Assembly (NCBI GenBank): GCA_003221005.1
Contig: QHTZ01000100.1
Location: forward strand, 1-26,852
DNA: 26,852 bases
Direction of reading: 5' to 3'
Source of the DNA: Gemmatimonadota bacterium
GTDB taxonomy: Bacteria; Gemmatimonadota; Gemmatimonadetes; Gemmatimonadales; GWC2-71-9
Made by a program: the position numbers and the translations under genes. Of the stretch, positions 23,305 through 26,852 are shown piece after piece; the first letter of the stretch is position 1; the number at the start of each line of letters is the position of its first letter. The notes beneath the pieces are model-generated. The model did not search any database. It saw only the letters and a program-made list of their open reading frames with translations, and was not told the DNA's origin.

Positions 23305-24861
23305 GTGAGACGCGTCGTCCGCTTTGTGGTCGCCGGTTTGCTTGTCGTCGGAATCGCCGCCAACGGTGCACTGCTGGCCGGCATATGGTTCACGCGGGAG
23401 CCGGCGCCCAGGTCGCTGACCGCGCAACGGGTCGAGACGGCCTCGCGGCCCGCGCTTGTGCTGGTGCAGGCCAACTACACCGTGTCGACGTCGCTGCCGA
23501 CCTTCACGATCCCCCAATCAAAGAACTCGCTGCTCATCCGCAAGCTCCAGGCCCTGGTCGACGCGGGCAAGCTCAACCCGTATGACGACGCCGCGGTCAA
23601 GCGCGCGGCCGTGAACATCATCCTGGCTAACCCGGACGCGTACTACGTGCCCGGGCCGCCCACGCACGACCAGTTCGGCATCGTCAGCACAGGCACGGGT
23701 TTCTTCATTACCGAGGACGGCTACCTCGTCACCGCGGCACACGTCGTGTCCGCGGACAAGGACGAGATTCGTGCCGAGACGCTCGCCGCATCGAAGGACC
23801 CGGGCAGCATCGCCCAGCTCAGGCAGGACATGGCCGACTCGTTCGCGCGTGACACAGGTCTGACGATGACCGAGGCGCAACTGACCACGATGGTCGCCTT
23901 CGAGGAGCGCTGGCTGGACAAGTACCTGTCGATCGACAAGATCGACGTCAAGTACTACCTCGGCACCGGCACCGTCGAGACAGGCGGCCATCTCGCCAGC
24001 ACCGGCGCCCGTGCGTCCGTGGTCAGCCTCGACCCGTACGCGACCGGCCACGACATCGCGATCATGAAGGCCGACGTCACGGGCGTGCCCACACTGCAGC
24101 TGGCGACCGGCTCGCCGCATCTCGGCGAGGCCACCTACCCGATCGGCTATCCGCGCCAGGGCTACCTGGACGAGGCGGTGCCGCTCGACCAGACCATCAG
24201 CCCGACAATGACGGCCGGCAAGGTGCTCACCACAGCCGAGCAGAAGTCGGGTTGGACGGCGTGGGGCACGAGCGCTCAGTTCACGCACGGTGACAGCGGT
24301 GGGCCGGTGCTCAGCGCCGGCGGCCAGGTGCTCGGCATCGTCAGCTTCGCGGCGGTCGACTCGCAGGGCAAGCAGCTGTTCGGCCAGGGCTACTTCGTGC
24401 CCGCTGAGTACATCCGCGCCGCCCTTCTGTCGGACTCGGTCAAGATCGCCAACGATCAGAAGAGCCTGACCAGCACCTACTACCACGCGCTCGCCGAGGG
24501 CGACATCCAGCGCTTCAAGACCGAGCTCCTGCTCCTGTCCCAGATCCAGGCGCGGTCCTCGTGGGACTCCTACGTCAAGGACGACATTGGCGCGACTCAG
24601 AGCCAGATCCTCGCGGGCAACGACAAGACGCCGCCCGAGCTGACCGGCTATGTCATTCCGGCGGCGGCGACCTCTGGTGGGCTGATCCTGCTCGTGATCA
24701 TCGTCTGGACCGCCCTCGCCATCACCGGTCGCCGGCGCAAGCCGGTCCCGGTGGCGGCCCTAGCCGAAGAAGATCTGCTCGATGTTGGGATGACCGGGGA
24801 GGCGCCGGCAGTGGAGGCATCTGCTGCCGAAGTGCCCGAGCCTTCTTTGCCGCACGTCTAG
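23305..24861 (+). CDS. Membrane-anchored trypsin-like (S1) serine protease without PDZ domain
   Basis: GTGFFITEDGYLVTAAHVV (His), HDIAIMK (Asp), IGYP, THGDSGGPV (Ser); N- and C-terminal TM segments. GTG at 23305 follows GGGAGG. Confidence 0.92.
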   Translation: MRRVVRFVVAGLLVVGIAANGALLAGIWFTREPAPRSLTAQRVETASRPALVLVQANYTVSTSLPTFTIPQSKNSLLIRKLQALVDAGKLNPYDDAAVKRAAVNIILANPDAYYVPGPPTHDQFGIVSTGTGFFITEDGYLVTAAHVVSADKDEIRAETLAASKDPGSIAQLRQDMADSFARDTGLTMTEAQLTTMVAFEERWLDKYLSIDKIDVKYYLGTGTVETGGHLASTGARASVVSLDPYATGHDIAIMKADVTGVPTLQLATGSPHLGEATYPIGYPRQGYLDEAVPLDQTISPTMTAGKVLTTAEQKSGWTAWGTSAQFTHGDSGGPVLSAGGQVLGIVSFAAVDSQGKQLFGQGYFVPAEYIRAALLSDSVKIANDQKSLTSTYYHALAEGDIQRFKTELLLLSQIQARSSWDSYVKDDIGATQSQILAGNDKTPPELTGYVIPAAATSGGLILLVIIVWTALAITGRRRKPVPVAALAEEDLLDVGMTGEAPAVEASAAEVPEPSLPHV

Positions 24862-24903
24862 GGTCTTCCTGCGGAACGGCCCTCGAATCTAGTTTCGAAA
24901 CTA
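24860..24903. terminator. Possible bidirectional terminator between convergent genes
   Basis: Imperfect hairpin agggtc-ttcc-tgc-ggaa-c-ggccct (24860-24883) and perfect palindrome tagtttcgaaacta (24890-24903). Confidence 0.35.
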
Positions 24904-25437
24904 CGGCACGGGGACGAAGTGAAAGGTCAGCGTTGATCCGCCGGCCGTGACATTCGCGCAACCCGGCCTACTCAATCCAGCTCCCCAGCTCACGTAGCCT
25001 TCAAAGTCGCCGATCGAGGCAGCTTGCAGGAGGATCGGACCACCCGAGTCGAGTGTCTTCGGGCCGGCGTAGTTCGAGACATCGCCACGGAATCCGGTCA
25101 TGGCGATCCTTACCCCAGCAGTACCCGTCAGGTCGACTGGGAGCCCGCTGGGATCACGTTGGAAATGGGCGCTCGGGAGCTGCTGGACGGTGAAGGCCGG
25201 CGTCCCGCTCGTGAATGTGAGCGTGAACGTATCCCCTGAAACGACAGCTGACACAATCGGGCTCGACGGAGGTTCTGGGACCGACCACGCGCTTGAAGCC
25301 TGTCCGGCGGAGGTACAGCTGAGGCTCGTGGTTGGGGTAGGAGATGCTTGCGCGACCGTCGGAGGCGAGGCGCCACAGGCCGACAGCAGCACCAGGCCCA
25401 GAGTCGCGACAACTGCCCCAAAGGAAATGTGTGGCAT
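24901..25437 (-). CDS. Lipoprotein, possibly with an AMIN-like beta domain
   Basis: Lipobox LLSA-C, Pro/Thr linker, DPSGLPVDLTG and GDFEGYVSWGAGL motifs recalled from small Gram-positive lipoproteins. Confidence 0.75.
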   Translation of the reverse strand: MPHISFGAVVATLGLVLLSACGASPPTVAQASPTPTTSLSCTSAGQASSAWSVPEPPSSPIVSAVVSGDTFTLTFTSGTPAFTVQQLPSAHFQRDPSGLPVDLTGTAGVRIAMTGFRGDVSNYAGPKTLDSGGPILLQAASIGDFEGYVSWGAGLSRPGCANVTAGGSTLTFHFVPVP

Positions 25438-25445
25438 GCCGGTGG

Positions 25446-25471
25446 AACGCCGCCAACTGGAAGTTGGTTAT
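25446..25471 (-). promoter_or_regulatory. Putative ECF-sigma promoter, probably leaderless
   Basis: Minus strand ATAAC-N17-CGTT, 8 nt before ATG 25437; no Shine-Dalgarno. Confidence 0.5.
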
Positions 25472-25512
25472 GAGCGCAAACGCTCGATGGCAACCTGTGG
25501 CTGGTGCACGTC

Positions 25513-25537
25513 GTAACCGGGGGCTTGGCGGTACGTT
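25513..25537 (+). promoter_or_regulatory. Putative ECF-sigma promoter, probably leaderless
   Basis: GTAAC-N16-CGTT, 9 nt before ATG 25547; a second candidate GCAAC-N17-CGTA lies at 25490-25515. Confidence 0.5.
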
Positions 25538-25546
25538 GCACACGCC

Positions 25547-26722
25547 ATGAGGTGGCTCCTCGCGCTGGCAGTGCTGGTAACCGTTTCGTGCGGCTCGTCC
25601 CCGACCGCCGCGGTGGTCTCGCCCACCCCGAGCTCCTCGCAGGGACATTCCGCCGTCCCGACGCAGTTGGGAGGCTCAACGGACGCCGCGAGCCCGATCC
25701 CGCACCCGACCGCACAGCCTGCCTACGCGGTGCTGCTCGACCTGTTCGCGACCCCAGGCGGCTTCAACATCGCCCTCGCGGACGCGTCAGGCCGCATAGT
25801 CGCCCGGGCCACCGCCGCGGAGCGGACCAGCATCAACGACGCGATCGAGCTGCCATATGTCAGCGCTTCGAAGTCGCATGTCTACTACCTCGACGGCGAC
25901 CGGACCGTCCGCTCCCTGAACGTCGACGGCACCACGGGCATCGCCGCGACGATATCCGGCGGTCCGAGCGTCCACGCGACATTCGCGGTCACCCCTGACG
26001 ACACTCGCATCGCGGTCGGGCTGCTCGACTACTCGGTCAACCCGGTCCGCCTGACCGTCTACGTCGAGGACCTTGGCGGGGCTCATCACCAGGTGATCTT
26101 CACGTCGACGAATCACTACGTCTGGCCGGTTGGCTGGCACGCCGGACAGCTCGTTGTGGCCTACCTCGGGCCCAACGCGGTTCCCTTCAAGAGCAAGACT
26201 CAGCTGTACTCGAACGGAGACCTGATCCACTACCCGTACGGCCAGAGCCCGTACGGCGGCATCAACTTCCACGTCATCAACCCGGTCACGGCGGCGCGCG
26301 AGGTGATCATCAGCGGCGGCGGAGCGAGCGGACTGCTGTCGAGGGCCGGAACCGCGGTGGTGCAGGGAGACGCAACCGACTGGTCGGGCAACTGGATCAA
26401 CTGGAACTCGCCACACGACTACGGAACGTTCAGTGCGGCAGGGTCGCTGTCGCCCGACGGGCAGATGATCGCCGCGTGCTGCCCGACTCCGGCCGCCGGC
26501 GGCAATCTCGTGATCTGGTACCGCGACGACGTGACGAAGGTCCTCCCGGTGGTCGTGACCGCGTCCGACTGGGTGGGATGGCTCGACGACGACCACGTCG
26601 TCACCGGCTTCTACCGAGCGGATGACGGGACGCCCAGCGTGATCCAGCTTTCGAGCGGGGCGGTCGTCCCGATCGCCGCGCACGGGATCGTGGTCGCGAT
26701 CTTCCCGAGCAACCTCGAGTAG
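25547..26722 (+). CDS. Lipoprotein with a probable beta-propeller (TolB-like) domain
   Basis: MRWLLALAVLVTVS-C lipobox, Pro/Ser linker, propeller-type turns VTPDDTRIAV, LSPDGQMIAA, GWLDDDHVV. Confidence 0.8.
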   Translation: MRWLLALAVLVTVSCGSSPTAAVVSPTPSSSQGHSAVPTQLGGSTDAASPIPHPTAQPAYAVLLDLFATPGGFNIALADASGRIVARATAAERTSINDAIELPYVSASKSHVYYLDGDRTVRSLNVDGTTGIAATISGGPSVHATFAVTPDDTRIAVGLLDYSVNPVRLTVYVEDLGGAHHQVIFTSTNHYVWPVGWHAGQLVVAYLGPNAVPFKSKTQLYSNGDLIHYPYGQSPYGGINFHVINPVTAAREVIISGGGASGLLSRAGTAVVQGDATDWSGNWINWNSPHDYGTFSAAGSLSPDGQMIAACCPTPAAGGNLVIWYRDDVTKVLPVVVTASDWVGWLDDDHVVTGFYRADDGTPSVIQLSSGAVVPIAAHGIVVAIFPSNLE

Positions 26723-26724
26723 AC

Positions 26725-26742
26725 ATCGGCCCGCCGGCCGAT
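26725..26742. terminator. Small hairpin between convergent genes
   Basis: atcggcc-cgcc-ggccgat fills the gap between the two stop codons. Confidence 0.45.
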
Positions 26743-26852
26743 CAGATGAACGCGATCGCCTCGTACACCGGCCCGCGCGTCACCCAGTCGCCGGAGAACG
26801 TGACGTGGTGCGCGTTCTGCTCCCACGGGTCATTGGTCCAGTAGTCGTTCTG
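26742..26852 (-). CDS. 3' end of an unidentified gene running off the window
   Basis: Open frame QNDYWTNDPWEQNAHHVTFSGDWVTRGPVYEAIAFI* with GC-rich third positions. The YWTNDPW motif is weakly reminiscent of C39-like peptidase C-termini. Confidence 0.6.
   Translation of the reverse strand, partial: QNDYWTNDPWEQNAHHVTFSGDWVTRGPVYEAIAFI

Noticed and set aside
5468-26683. Long antisense or alternate-frame ORFs (e.g. 5468..6835, 15339..16586, 19542..20564, 23518..24486, 25787..26683)
   Set aside because: These are shadow ORFs typical of high-GC DNA, overlapping well-supported genes and lacking motifs.

Overview
GC-rich bacterial window with no rRNA, tRNA, CRISPR array or transposase visible. 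The gene style suggests a high-GC soil lineage such as Actinomycetota, Chloroflexota or Dormibacterota (inference only). The core is a tightly coupled Wzy-type surface/exopolysaccharide operon (about 3.9-16.7 kb). It encodes a co-polymerase with a degenerate kinase domain, a DegT aminotransferase, a PglF/CapD-like dehydratase, a single GT4, a Wzy/O-antigen-ligase-like protein and a Wzx flippase fused to a priming phosphoglycosyl transferase. Where more glycosyltransferases would normally sit, the operon carries an unexpected cassette: an HPr-kinase-like P-loop protein, a divergent RtcB-family protein, a 140-aa unknown protein, an APH/choline-kinase-like phosphotransferase and a 60-aa membrane peptide. 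This cassette is the best candidate for an undescribed system: an RtcB fold possibly repurposed to form phosphodiester or phosphoramidate bonds on a glycan. A convergent operon encodes two NarL regulators, a NamH/CMAH-like MBL-Rieske hydroxylase and a glycoside-hydrolase-like lipoprotein. A paralogue of that hydrolase follows divergently and is broken by an internal deletion. A sensor-less histidine kinase, a frameshifted Asp-less LuxR regulator and recurring GGGAC-N4-GTCCC boxes suggest a dedicated regulatory circuit. The flanks hold an FN3-repeat surface protein, a membrane serine protease and two divergent lipoproteins with ECF-type promoters. All family calls come from motif recognition by eye; no searches were run.
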